From assembly GCA_900538705.1 (NCBI GenBank), contig UPZG01000001.1:193007-257006 (forward strand): DNA of 64,000 bases. Direction: 5' to 3'. Within the stretch, counting starts at the first letter, position 1. Every line of letters starts with the position of its first letter. The notes under the pieces are model-generated. The model was given only the letters and a program-made list of their open reading frames with translations. It made no database searches and was not told where the DNA came from. Positions 27,337-35,888 of this stretch are shown in pieces. A program made the position numbers and the translations under genes. The stretch comes from an uncultured Porphyromonadaceae bacterium. Its GTDB lineage: Bacteria > Bacteroidota > Bacteroidia > Bacteroidales > Barnesiellaceae_A.

Positions 27337-28932
27337 CTATTTGAAAGTGTCGGGTAGGTCGTTTTCATACAGGACGACGTCACCGGCACGGGCTATCTGT
27401 ACCAATCGTGCTTGAGCCGTGGTGAAACTGTCGGCTAAGAAAATAGCCTCCTCTTTCATTCCGCCCGCTTGCAAACCTTCAAGAATGGCTGCCCTGTTGT
27501 ATGTACCTACAATCATTACATAGTCGGCAACGGCTGCCATTTGCTCACCGAAGCGATGGTTATATTCATCCTGTTTGTCACCCAATTCTATCATGCCCGG
27601 AGTAATGACGATACGTCGAGTAGCCCGCACGCGATTCAATACGTCGAGAGCCATGCGAGCCCCGTCGGGGTTGGAGTTGAATGCATCGTCGATGATAGAG
27701 AGTCCTCCTGGTGCACGCTTAATGTTAAGACGGTGTTCTACCTGTTCTATGCGGCTCACGGCATATTTTATGGCATTCTCGGGTACGTTTAGATGTAAAG
27801 CTACGATAACTGCTGCCATGAGGTTCGAGAGGTTACAGTCTCCTACCAACTGGGTAGATAGTGCCAGCTTGTGACCGTCGCCCACGATGGTAAAGCGAGT
27901 CTCTATATCATCATATACGATGTCTTCTATATGGAAATCGGCATTGCCGGCTTCGAGAGCATAGCGCAGTACGGATACGTTAGAGACAGGTCGTGAAGCA
28001 ATATAAGGGAAGTCGTTATTGAGTACGCCCAGTCCGTCGGAAGGAAGTGCATCTATCAGTTCAAACTTAGTGCGTTGTACGTTCTCTATTGTTTTGAACG
28101 ATTCTAAGTGTTGCTCTCCCACGGCAGTGACAATGCCTATCGAGGGCGCTACAAGGTCGCATATTTCTTTGATGTCACCTATCTGTTTGGCTCCCATCTC
28201 TACGATAAACACATCGTAGTAAGGTTTCATCATTTCGCGTACGGTGCGTATCACACCCATGGGGGTGTTGTAGCTACCCGGTGTCATGATGACGTTATAT
28301 TTTTCGCTGAGAATTCGATATAAATAGTGTTTGGTACTGGTTTTACCATAACTGCCTGTAATGCCTATGATGGTGAGGTGCGGCATATCGGCAAGAATTT
28401 TTTTTGCTTCGTTATAGAATCCGCGATTTATCAACTTTTCGATAGGCTGCATGAGGGTATTGGCGCATAACATAATTACCCAGGGGAAGGCAAGTATTGC
28501 TATCAGTGTAAGAGCGGCTGTATACTGTTGTGCCTCGGGTGTACCGATGGAGGCAATTGCTAAAGTTATTACAGTGGTTACTACCCAAGCTGCCGTATAA
28601 AGCCTTATAGCCCTGTGTGTAAATACTACGGGCTTTTTATAATGCGTGCGTAATTCTCTGATGGAAAATATAAAGAGTGTAATGGCTATAATGGCTTCGA
28701 TAATTGTTGTGGCAAAAGGTGCGAAGCTTGAGCAGTAGAGTAGCAGCAGGAAATAGAGTGTAAGGCTACGAGGCGACGAAAGTGTGCCACTGCTGCGCAG
28801 CCATCGCAGGAATCGGTCGTTGCGATAGGAATTTTGTTGCAACATTTGCAACTCGTAACGAAGCGCTACAAAGAGGTAGACAAGAAGCGCAATGGCGAAT
28901 ATTATATGTACAATGTTGTGTATCAATTGCAT
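27337..28932 (-). CDS. MurF-like Mur ligase with an N-terminal polytopic membrane domain of about 165 aa
   Basis: Residues 1-165 contain 4-5 hydrophobic helices (IVHIIFAIALLVYLFVAL; LTLYFLLLLYCSSF; IIEAIIAITLFIFSI; LYTAAWVVTTVITLAIASIG; LTLIAILAFPWVIMLCANTL). The P-loop GITGSYGKTST follows at about residue 190. MurF-type motifs come after it: VEMGA, LNND, DCNLSNLMAA, EHRLN, IIDDAFNSNP and TPGMIELGD. Confidence 0.8.
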   Translation of the reverse strand: MQLIHNIVHIIFAIALLVYLFVALRYELQMLQQNSYRNDRFLRWLRSSGTLSSPRSLTLYFLLLLYCSSFAPFATTIIEAIIAITLFIFSIRELRTHYKKPVVFTHRAIRLYTAAWVVTTVITLAIASIGTPEAQQYTAALTLIAILAFPWVIMLCANTLMQPIEKLINRGFYNEAKKILADMPHLTIIGITGSYGKTSTKHYLYRILSEKYNVIMTPGSYNTPMGVIRTVREMMKPYYDVFIVEMGAKQIGDIKEICDLVAPSIGIVTAVGEQHLESFKTIENVQRTKFELIDALPSDGLGVLNNDFPYIASRPVSNVSVLRYALEAGNADFHIEDIVYDDIETRFTIVGDGHKLALSTQLVGDCNLSNLMAAVIVALHLNVPENAIKYAVSRIEQVEHRLNIKRAPGGLSIIDDAFNSNPDGARMALDVLNRVRATRRIVITPGMIELGDKQDEYNHRFGEQMAAVADYVMIVGTYNRAAILEGLQAGGMKEEAIFLADSFTTAQARLVQIARAGDVVLYENDLPDTFK

Positions 28933-28938
28933 GATAAT

Positions 28939-29727
28939 TTATTTGTTATATATGTCGTCTTTGAGGAAAGCCATTACTATGGCTCTGAAACGGAAGGGAT
29001 TGTCGAGAAACGAATAGTGTCCGGCATCGTCGATGACAGCCAAATCGGCATGAGGAATGAGCCTTAACATTATGTGTGCTTCGCGCAATGGCGTAGCGGT
29101 ATCTTTGGCTCCCCAGATTAGTTGCACGGGGCATTTGATAAGGGGCATCACAGATTCGAGGTATTCGTTGACGACTTTCACAAAGATGCGTCGCATCATG
29201 CCGCTTACGGCATTATAGTCGGCCGAGCCTGCCGAGCGGCGCATTTTTTCCATACGTTGCTCGGCTTTCTCTTTCCCCAAGATAAGATAGAGCAATTGTT
29301 TACCGAGTTTGTATGTGTAGACCTTGTAATAATACTTCAATGACCGGCGAGGTTTGGCACCTGCGGCATCTACTAATATTACTTTATGCGTATGGTTACG
29401 TGATGCGTAGAGAATAGATACACGTCCGCCAAAGGAGTGCCCTATCAGGATGGGCGATTCTATGCCGAGAGCAGCAACGAAGGTCTCAAGCATACGGGTA
29501 TATTCTTCTACTCCCCATACTGAGGAAGGCGTTTCGCTCCCACCAAAACCCGGGAAGTCGAGGGTGTATACTGTGAAGTGTGGCGATAACATAGTCTCGA
29601 TAGAGGCTACGGTAGTCATATTACAGCCCCAGCCGTGCAAGAGTATTACTGCACGCCCCGAGCCACAAACTTTATACTGTACGTCTGTGTCGCAGAGTCT
29701 TATCCGGGTTATCTTTGCTCCTTGCAT
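28939..29727 (-). CDS. Alpha/beta hydrolase fold protein
   Basis: Shows the oxyanion-region HGWG, the nucleophile elbow GHSFGG and a C-terminal ...DDAGH catalytic His context. Its stop is only 6 nt from the MurF-like start. Confidence 0.8.
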   Translation of the reverse strand: MQGAKITRIRLCDTDVQYKVCGSGRAVILLHGWGCNMTTVASIETMLSPHFTVYTLDFPGFGGSETPSSVWGVEEYTRMLETFVAALGIESPILIGHSFGGRVSILYASRNHTHKVILVDAAGAKPRRSLKYYYKVYTYKLGKQLLYLILGKEKAEQRMEKMRRSAGSADYNAVSGMMRRIFVKVVNEYLESVMPLIKCPVQLIWGAKDTATPLREAHIMLRLIPHADLAVIDDAGHYSFLDNPFRFRAIVMAFLKDDIYNK

Positions 29728-29747
29728 TTTTTTGCGTTTTGGAGCTA

Positions 29748-29755
29748 CAAAAGTA
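29748..29755 (-). promoter_or_regulatory. Candidate -7 box (TACTTTTG on the minus strand) upstream of the alpha/beta hydrolase gene
   Basis: The plus strand reads CAAAAGTA, whose reverse complement TACTTTTG matches TAnnTTTG. It lies in the 82-nt GT9/hydrolase gap, about 20 nt upstream of the ATG at 29727. Confidence 0.35.
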
Positions 29756-29809
29756 CATTATTCTACCGATAAATAGCGCACTTGCGCGCGAGTTTTTCCA
29801 TGGTAGAAC

Positions 29810-30865
29810 CTATTCGCTTGTATACCCAGCTGCATCGAGTACTTTTTGAGCTATAGAGTCGGGCGTTATTTGTCGCAGACAGGCATAGTCACCTCTGTAA
29901 CAAGGTTTGTCCCCGAAAACAGAGCAAGGACGGCATGCCATGTCGGCCTGAATTATATGGGCTGGTGAGGCCGTGTAACCTAAGAAGCCGGCATAAGGGT
30001 GTGTGGCTCCCCATACCGATACTACCGGTACACCGGCAAGTGCAGCAAGATGCATGTTGGCCGAGTCCATCGAAAGCATTACGTCGAGGTAGCTCATCAG
30101 CGACAATTCTACCTTGAACCCATGACGTTGCGAAGCCAATGAAATGACACGTGGATAGCGCTCTTGCCATTTGGCAAGGAGCGCAGCTTCGTTATCGGCA
30201 CCGAAAAGGAATAGGTGTAACCGTTCGTGTCGGCTTAACAAATCTACGATACGCTCCATCTCTTCGACCGGATATATTTTCCCTTCATGTTTGGCAAAGG
30301 GGGCAATTCCTATCCATAATTTCCCTGTCTCTTTAGGTGGAGTAATATGCGAGAAAAGTCCGGCATCGCCTTTTCCATCGGGATATAGAGACGTAAATCG
30401 TGGGGTATAGGGTAGCGATAAGGCGGCAAATACGTCGGCGTAACGTTCGGCCATAGGTTTTAATGGCCGTAATTCTTTGTGGCGCCGACTAGTGAGCCTC
30501 TTTTTTTCGGCTCGTCCTTTATCTATGATGCTTACTGTTTTCCCGGCCATGCGGAAGAGCCTGCGAAGTATTTTGGTGCGCAATACGTCATGTAAGTCGG
30601 CGACAGCATCTATACCCAGTGCCGACAGCTCCTTATATAGTAACCAAAGCCCGGCCAGGCCTTTATGTCGGGCTTTTACGTCGGCAATGTATACTTGCAA
30701 ATTGATAGGAGCATACATAAATAGCGACGATGCCACTCGCTGGGTCAGTACTACAAACGTAGTGTCGGGGTAAGCTTGGCACACGGAATAGATTTGCGGT
30801 ATGGTCATAGCCACATCGCCCAGCGCCGAGAGGCGCATGACAAGCACTTTTTTATATGTTGTCAC
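29810..30865 (-). CDS. Glycosyltransferase family 9 (heptosyltransferase-like, LPS/LOS core type)
   Basis: Has the GT9 N-terminal signature KKVLVMRLSALGDVAMTIP and the C-terminal ...DSANMHLAAALGVP-like segment (DSANMHLAALAGVPVVSVWG). It starts at GTG; there is no in-frame ATG that retains the conserved N-terminus. Confidence 0.8.
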   Translation of the reverse strand: MTTYKKVLVMRLSALGDVAMTIPQIYSVCQAYPDTTFVVLTQRVASSLFMYAPINLQVYIADVKARHKGLAGLWLLYKELSALGIDAVADLHDVLRTKILRRLFRMAGKTVSIIDKGRAEKKRLTSRRHKELRPLKPMAERYADVFAALSLPYTPRFTSLYPDGKGDAGLFSHITPPKETGKLWIGIAPFAKHEGKIYPVEEMERIVDLLSRHERLHLFLFGADNEAALLAKWQERYPRVISLASQRHGFKVELSLMSYLDVMLSMDSANMHLAALAGVPVVSVWGATHPYAGFLGYTASPAHIIQADMACRPCSVFGDKPCYRGDYACLRQITPDSIAQKVLDAAGYTSE

Positions 30866-30900
30866 AAAATAATTTTTATAATTCGCAACTTTCAGACAGC

Positions 30901-31506
30901 TTACTTTTTCCCGTATAATACAGGATTGAGAGCCGGGTCGTTATACATTTTCATTTGTTTATACACTTTCATGTACTTACGTCCGGCAGCAATATCGGCA
31001 ACCAGTTGGTCTATAGCGGCAGAGAGGTCCTCGCGTTGTTGTAGCAATACGGCAAGCTTGGCGCTGCATTTTTCTACATGTTCTGCCGAGGCGTCATGAC
31101 GTTCGGCTTCCTGCCGCATATGGTATATTTTCAATGCCAAAATAGACAGACGGTCTATTGCCCAAGCTGGACTTTCGGTATTGATAGTGGCATCGGGAAG
31201 GGGTGTAACATCTTTGTATTGGTCTAAAAAATAGCTGTCTATCAGCTCTACAAGGTCGGTACGGTCTTGATTGGAGCGGTCTATGCGTCGCTTGATGGTT
31301 AAAGCCTCTACAGGGTCGATATCGGGATTGCGAATAATATCCTCTAAATGCCACTGAACGGTATCTATCCAGTTCTTGGTAAATAACAGGTTTTCTAGAG
31401 TGCACTCGGGATATGGATTTTCAACCCGGGCATCTACGTTGTCATGCTTGTGATACAATTCGGTAGTGGCATCGAATATGTGGTTACACGTTTGGCTGAT
31501 GCTCAT
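30901..31506 (-). CDS. DUF4254 family protein
   Basis: 201 aa, recognised by the WHLEDIIR...PAWAIDRLSILALKIYHM pattern and by its usual position next to a GT9 gene in Bacteroidota. This family assignment is from memory. Confidence 0.7.
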   Translation of the reverse strand: MSISQTCNHIFDATTELYHKHDNVDARVENPYPECTLENLLFTKNWIDTVQWHLEDIIRNPDIDPVEALTIKRRIDRSNQDRTDLVELIDSYFLDQYKDVTPLPDATINTESPAWAIDRLSILALKIYHMRQEAERHDASAEHVEKCSAKLAVLLQQREDLSAAIDQLVADIAAGRKYMKVYKQMKMYNDPALNPVLYGKK

Positions 31507-31664
31507 AATGATTTTATTTTATTGTGTTTTTACTTTCGGTGCGATGTATGAAATGTCGCATAGTCGCTAGGCAAATATAATGCAAAGCATTTGTATTTGC
31601 CAAATATATTGCTACTTTGTTGAGAGACTCTTATTTCAGGATTTTTATGTGAAATATTAATGCG

Positions 31665-31686
31665 TTGATATTTAGTAGAATATCAA
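31665..31686. promoter_or_regulatory. 22-bp perfect palindrome TTGATATT-N6-AATATCAA, a candidate regulator binding site upstream of pflB
   Basis: Read directly from the sequence: ttgatatt tagtag aatatcaa. It lies about 340 nt upstream of the pflB ATG and about 160 nt from the DUF4254 start. Confidence 0.3.
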
Positions 31687-31850
31687 ATTTTCTTTGAGAT
31701 ACCTAGCGAGATGTCGCAAAAGTCCTTCTGTGGGGGACGACCCGGCAATGAATAGGCCAATGTCGCGACAGGTTATAAGTAGTGTAGCATGCTGTGAATC
31801 AATGATGTAAAAATAATTAGCAAGCAAGATATATTTTTGTGACGATAAAT

Positions 31851-31880
31851 TTTGGCATTCGTGGAAAATAACTAACTTTG
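31851..31880 (+). promoter_or_regulatory. Candidate pflB promoter (-33 TTTG at 31851-31854; -7 TAACTTTG at 31873-31880)
   Basis: Matches the TTTG / TAnnTTTG consensus with 18-nt spacing. This implies a leader of about 140 nt before the pflB ATG at 32025. Confidence 0.4.
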
Positions 31881-32024
31881 TGGCTGCAGGAATGTGCTAA
31901 GACACAACGGTTCTTCTTGATGCCGAAAGCCTTTGCAAGAGCTTTCGAGCGTTAACTTTTACATCTGTACATTGGTACGGATATGATAAGCATAATTGAA
32001 TAAAAAAGATTTTTTTGAACGACT

Positions 32025-34253
32025 ATGGAAAAGACAATGCAGTTTAAGCCCGGTTTATGGGAAAATGAAATTAACGTTGGCGATTTCGTACGGAAAAATA
32101 TTACACCGTATGAGGGCGATGCTTCATTCCTTGCCGGACCTACCGAACGTACGCTCAAAGTATGGGAGAAATGCAAAGAAGCTTTGGCAGAAGAGCGCGA
32201 CAATGGTGGTGTACGAGCTATTGATAATAAGACTATATCGACTATAACATCGCATAAAGCAGGATATATAGATCGCGAAAACGAGCTGATTGTAGGCTTG
32301 CAAACCGATATGTTGCTCAAGCGAGCCATCAAGCCTTTTGGTGGAATCAAGGTGGTAGAAAAAGCATGTCATGAGCATGGCTTAGAGTTGGACGAACATG
32401 TGAAAGAGATATTCACACACTATCGTAAAACGCACAATGATGGTGTATTCGATGCGTATACCGAGGAGATACGTACCTATCGTTCGTTGGGATTCCTCAC
32501 AGGTCTTCCCGATAACTATGCGCGTGGCCGTATCATTGGTGACTATCGCCGATTGGCTTTGTACGGTATAGACCGACTCATAGAAGTGAAACGGTCAGAT
32601 TTGCGAGGACTTACAGGTCCTATGACCGAGGCCCGCGTACGTTTGCGTGAAGAGGTTTCAGAGCAAATACATGCTCTTGAAGCAATGAAGGTGATGGGAA
32701 GCTATTATGGCTTAGACCTTGGACGTCCCGCTACGACAGCACAAGAAGCCGTACAATGGGTGTATATGGCATATTTGGCTGCTGTTAAAGAGCAAGATGG
32801 AGCGGCTATGTCGTTGGGTAATGTATCGTCGTTCCTCGATATATATATAGAATATGATCTTGCACATGGCAACATAGACGAGACATTTGCACAAGAACTT
32901 ATTGACCAGTTCGTCATCAAGTTACGCATGGTACGTCATTTGCGCATGGATAGCTATAATGAAATTTTTGCTGGAGATGCCACGTGGGTTACCGAGTCGA
33001 TAGGCGGTCGTCTCAATGATGGTCGTACGAAGGTCACCAAGACATCGTTCCGCTTTTTGCAGACGCTATACAACTTAGGCCCGGCTCCCGAGCCCAATAT
33101 GACAATACTGTGGAGTCCAGAGTTGCCCGAAGGTTTCAAACGTTTCTGTACGCAAGTCTCTATTGACACATCTGCTATACAGTATGAGAATGATGACCTC
33201 ATGCGCGAGGTTCGCAAGACCGACGATTATGGTATTGCTTGCTGTGTATCATTCCAAGAGATAGGCCGTAGCATACAGTTCTTTGGTGCGCGTGCAAATC
33301 TTGCAAAGGCATTGCTGCTCGCCATCAACGGTGGCCGCTGCGAAAATACCGGTACTGTGATGGTGAAGGATATACCTGTTCTCAAAAACGATGTGCTCGA
33401 TTTTGACGAGGTAATGGAGAATTACAAGAAAGTACTTGCTCAGATTGCTCGCGTATATAACGAGGCTATGAATATCATACACTACATGCATGACAAGTAC
33501 TACTATGAGAAGGCTCAAATGGCACTGATAGATACCGACCCGCATATCAACCTTGCATATGGTGTGGCTGGTCTCTCTATTGCGGCTGACTCACTCTCGG
33601 CTATCAAGTATGCTCATGTGAAGGCTCGTCGTAATGAGATAGGACTTACCGAAGGTTTCGATATAGAGGGCGATTTCCCCTGTTATGGTAATGATGACGA
33701 CCGTGTAGACAGTATTGCCGTATGGTTGACGCACTATTTCAGCAATGAGTTGAAGAAATATCCTGTATATCGTAATGCTGTGCCTACGATGTCGATACTT
33801 ACCATTACATCGAATGTTATGTATGGTAAAAAGACCGGTGCTACTCCCGATGGACGTGCTCGGGGTGTTGCCTTTGCTCCCGGAGCCAATCCGATGCACG
33901 GACGCGATAATCACGGAGCTGTTGCATCTCTTTCGTCGGTGGCCAAACTCAATTACGAGGATGCACTCGATGGTATAAGCAATACCTTCTCTATTATACC
34001 TAAGTCGCTGGGTGCTACACGCGAAGACCGTGTAGATAACCTCATTACGCTCATTGATGGCTATTTTAAGAAAAAGGCACATCATCTCAATGTAAATGTC
34101 CTAAATCGTGAAATGCTCGAGGATGCGATGGAGCATCCCGAAAAGTATCCGCAACTCACCATAAGAGTATCGGGATATGCTGTAAATTTTGTGCGGTTGA
34201 GCCGTGCTCACCAGCTGGAGGTTATCTCGCGCAGCTTCCACGATCACTTCTAA
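32025..34253 (+). CDS. pflB: Formate C-acetyltransferase (pyruvate formate-lyase)
   Basis: 742 aa with the glycyl-radical motif RVSGYAVNF near the C-terminus and the active-site GIACCVS cysteine pair. Confidence 0.95.
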   Translation: MEKTMQFKPGLWENEINVGDFVRKNITPYEGDASFLAGPTERTLKVWEKCKEALAEERDNGGVRAIDNKTISTITSHKAGYIDRENELIVGLQTDMLLKRAIKPFGGIKVVEKACHEHGLELDEHVKEIFTHYRKTHNDGVFDAYTEEIRTYRSLGFLTGLPDNYARGRIIGDYRRLALYGIDRLIEVKRSDLRGLTGPMTEARVRLREEVSEQIHALEAMKVMGSYYGLDLGRPATTAQEAVQWVYMAYLAAVKEQDGAAMSLGNVSSFLDIYIEYDLAHGNIDETFAQELIDQFVIKLRMVRHLRMDSYNEIFAGDATWVTESIGGRLNDGRTKVTKTSFRFLQTLYNLGPAPEPNMTILWSPELPEGFKRFCTQVSIDTSAIQYENDDLMREVRKTDDYGIACCVSFQEIGRSIQFFGARANLAKALLLAINGGRCENTGTVMVKDIPVLKNDVLDFDEVMENYKKVLAQIARVYNEAMNIIHYMHDKYYYEKAQMALIDTDPHINLAYGVAGLSIAADSLSAIKYAHVKARRNEIGLTEGFDIEGDFPCYGNDDDRVDSIAVWLTHYFSNELKKYPVYRNAVPTMSILTITSNVMYGKKTGATPDGRARGVAFAPGANPMHGRDNHGAVASLSSVAKLNYEDALDGISNTFSIIPKSLGATREDRVDNLITLIDGYFKKKAHHLNVNVLNREMLEDAMEHPEKYPQLTIRVSGYAVNFVRLSRAHQLEVISRSFHDHF

Positions 34254-34370
34254 TGTTGCAGTTGCTATATTGCACAGAGTTTTATATAACTTTGCCGGAG
34301 AGATAACGCTCTCCGGCAAAGTTTGCCTTTTTAAAAAGGGTATAAGTTTTCATATAATACACATATTGTA

Positions 34371-35141
34371 ATGACAGAAACTATTGTTACATCATCTATA
34401 CCGGCTGATACACGATTGTTACGTGTACATTCTTATGAATCGTTGGGTACATACGACGGGCCGGGTATACGTCTCGTCGTTTTTTTACAGGGTTGTAACT
34501 TCCGTTGTCTATATTGTGCAAACCCCGATACCATAACAATGCAGGGCGGTACACTTACGCCTATAGATGAGATAGTGCAAAAGGCTGTCAACGAACGCCC
34601 CTTCTTTGGGAAAAAGGGTGGAGTGACATTTAGTGGGGGAGAACCCACGTTGCAGGCCGAATCGCTGTTGCCTTTGGTCGATGCGTTGCACGAACACAAC
34701 ATTAGTGTTTGTATCGATACCAACGGAAGTATTAGCACCGAGGCTGCTCGCGAATTGTACCGTCGAGTCGACCTGGTATTGCTTGATGTAAAACAATTCA
34801 ATCCTCTCCGTCATCGTAACCTTACAGGACACGACAATTCAGATACTCTTGCTACGGCTGCTTTTTTGGCCGAGGTAGGTACTCCTTTTTGGCTGCGTTA
34901 TGTGCTGGTTCCCGGTTATAGTGACGACAAGGCCGATATAGAAGCTTTATGCCGTCATTTACAAGGTAATACTGCATTACAAAGGGTTGAAATACTTCCG
35001 TATCATACCCTTGGAATGCATAAATACGAACCTTTGGGAATGGAATATAAGCTCAAGGATGTACCATATAATACGCCTCAGCAGTTAGAAGCCGCCCGTG
35101 AGCTTTTTGCTCGTTATTTTGCCGATGTGCGGGTCAATTAG
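34371..35141 (+). CDS. pflA: Pyruvate formate-lyase activating enzyme (radical SAM)
   Basis: Carries the CNFRCLYCANPD radical-SAM cluster motif and GGVTFSGGEP, directly downstream of pflB. Confidence 0.92.
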   Translation: MTETIVTSSIPADTRLLRVHSYESLGTYDGPGIRLVVFLQGCNFRCLYCANPDTITMQGGTLTPIDEIVQKAVNERPFFGKKGGVTFSGGEPTLQAESLLPLVDALHEHNISVCIDTNGSISTEAARELYRRVDLVLLDVKQFNPLRHRNLTGHDNSDTLATAAFLAEVGTPFWLRYVLVPGYSDDKADIEALCRHLQGNTALQRVEILPYHTLGMHKYEPLGMEYKLKDVPYNTPQQLEAARELFARYFADVRVN

Positions 35142-35167
35142 CATTCTACTCTTTGGCTGAATAGTAT

Positions 35168-35210
35168 AAAAACGGTGTGCATCGAATTATGACATGCACA
35201 CCGTTTTTTA
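35168..35210. terminator. Bidirectional rho-independent terminator after pflA and the convergent gamma-CA gene
   Basis: A perfect 11-bp stem pairs acggtgtgcat (35172-35182) with atgcacaccgt (35194-35204). It is flanked by A5 upstream and T6 downstream. Confidence 0.75.
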
Positions 35211-35322
35211 GGTGAAAAATACAGGCTGTGGTTCCCCTGATATCTACTCTTTCGAGAGTAGGAGGGTAGTCGACGTCTTGTTTCGACAATGTATGCCCGA
35301 CGTCGGGTAGGGGAAAGTAGCT

Positions 35323-35844
35323 CTAATCCTCCTCGCTATACCAGCGCGAGTACATCAGGTAGTTGTGGGCTATTTTTTGGTTTATTTCTTTCGACTGTTG
35401 AGGGTCGACCATTTTGATAAATTTGGCAGGAGCACCTCCCCACAGTTCACCCGGCTTGATGACTGTTTTGCTTAGTACCACTGCGCCGGCAGCTACTATT
35501 GCGCCTTCGCCCACTACGGCATGGTCGAGTATGACCGACCCCATGCCTACGAGAGCTCCGTCTTTAATAGTGGCACCGTGTATCGTGACGTTGTGTCCTA
35601 TTGAGACATCATCGCCAATTTCTATGGTCGATTTTTCGTAAAGGGTATGCAATACACTTCCGTCTTGTATGTTTACGCGATTGCCTATGCGTATAGAGTT
35701 TACATCGCCTCGCAACACTGTGCCGAACCATATGCTGCATTCGTCACCCATTGTTACGTCGCCTATGATAGTAGCATTGTCGGCAAGGAAACAGTCTTTG
35801 CCAAATTGCGGCGTGAAGCCGCGAACTTTCTTGATAAGTGCCAT
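35323..35844 (-). CDS. Gamma carbonic anhydrase family / hexapeptide-repeat protein
   Basis: 173 aa with left-handed beta-helix hexapeptide repeats and the characteristic ...IWFGTVLRGDVNSIRIG..NIQDGSVLH... motif. Confidence 0.85.
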   Translation of the reverse strand: MALIKKVRGFTPQFGKDCFLADNATIIGDVTMGDECSIWFGTVLRGDVNSIRIGNRVNIQDGSVLHTLYEKSTIEIGDDVSIGHNVTIHGATIKDGALVGMGSVILDHAVVGEGAIVAAGAVVLSKTVIKPGELWGGAPAKFIKMVDPQQSKEINQKIAHNYLMYSRWYSEED

Positions 35845-35888
35845 AATATTATAAAAATAAGGTTTAGGTCTTGTTGGTTAATATTGTG

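Noticed and set aside
33591-34085. 164-aa ORF antisense to pflB
   Set aside because: A shadow ORF within a clearly identified glycyl-radical enzyme gene.
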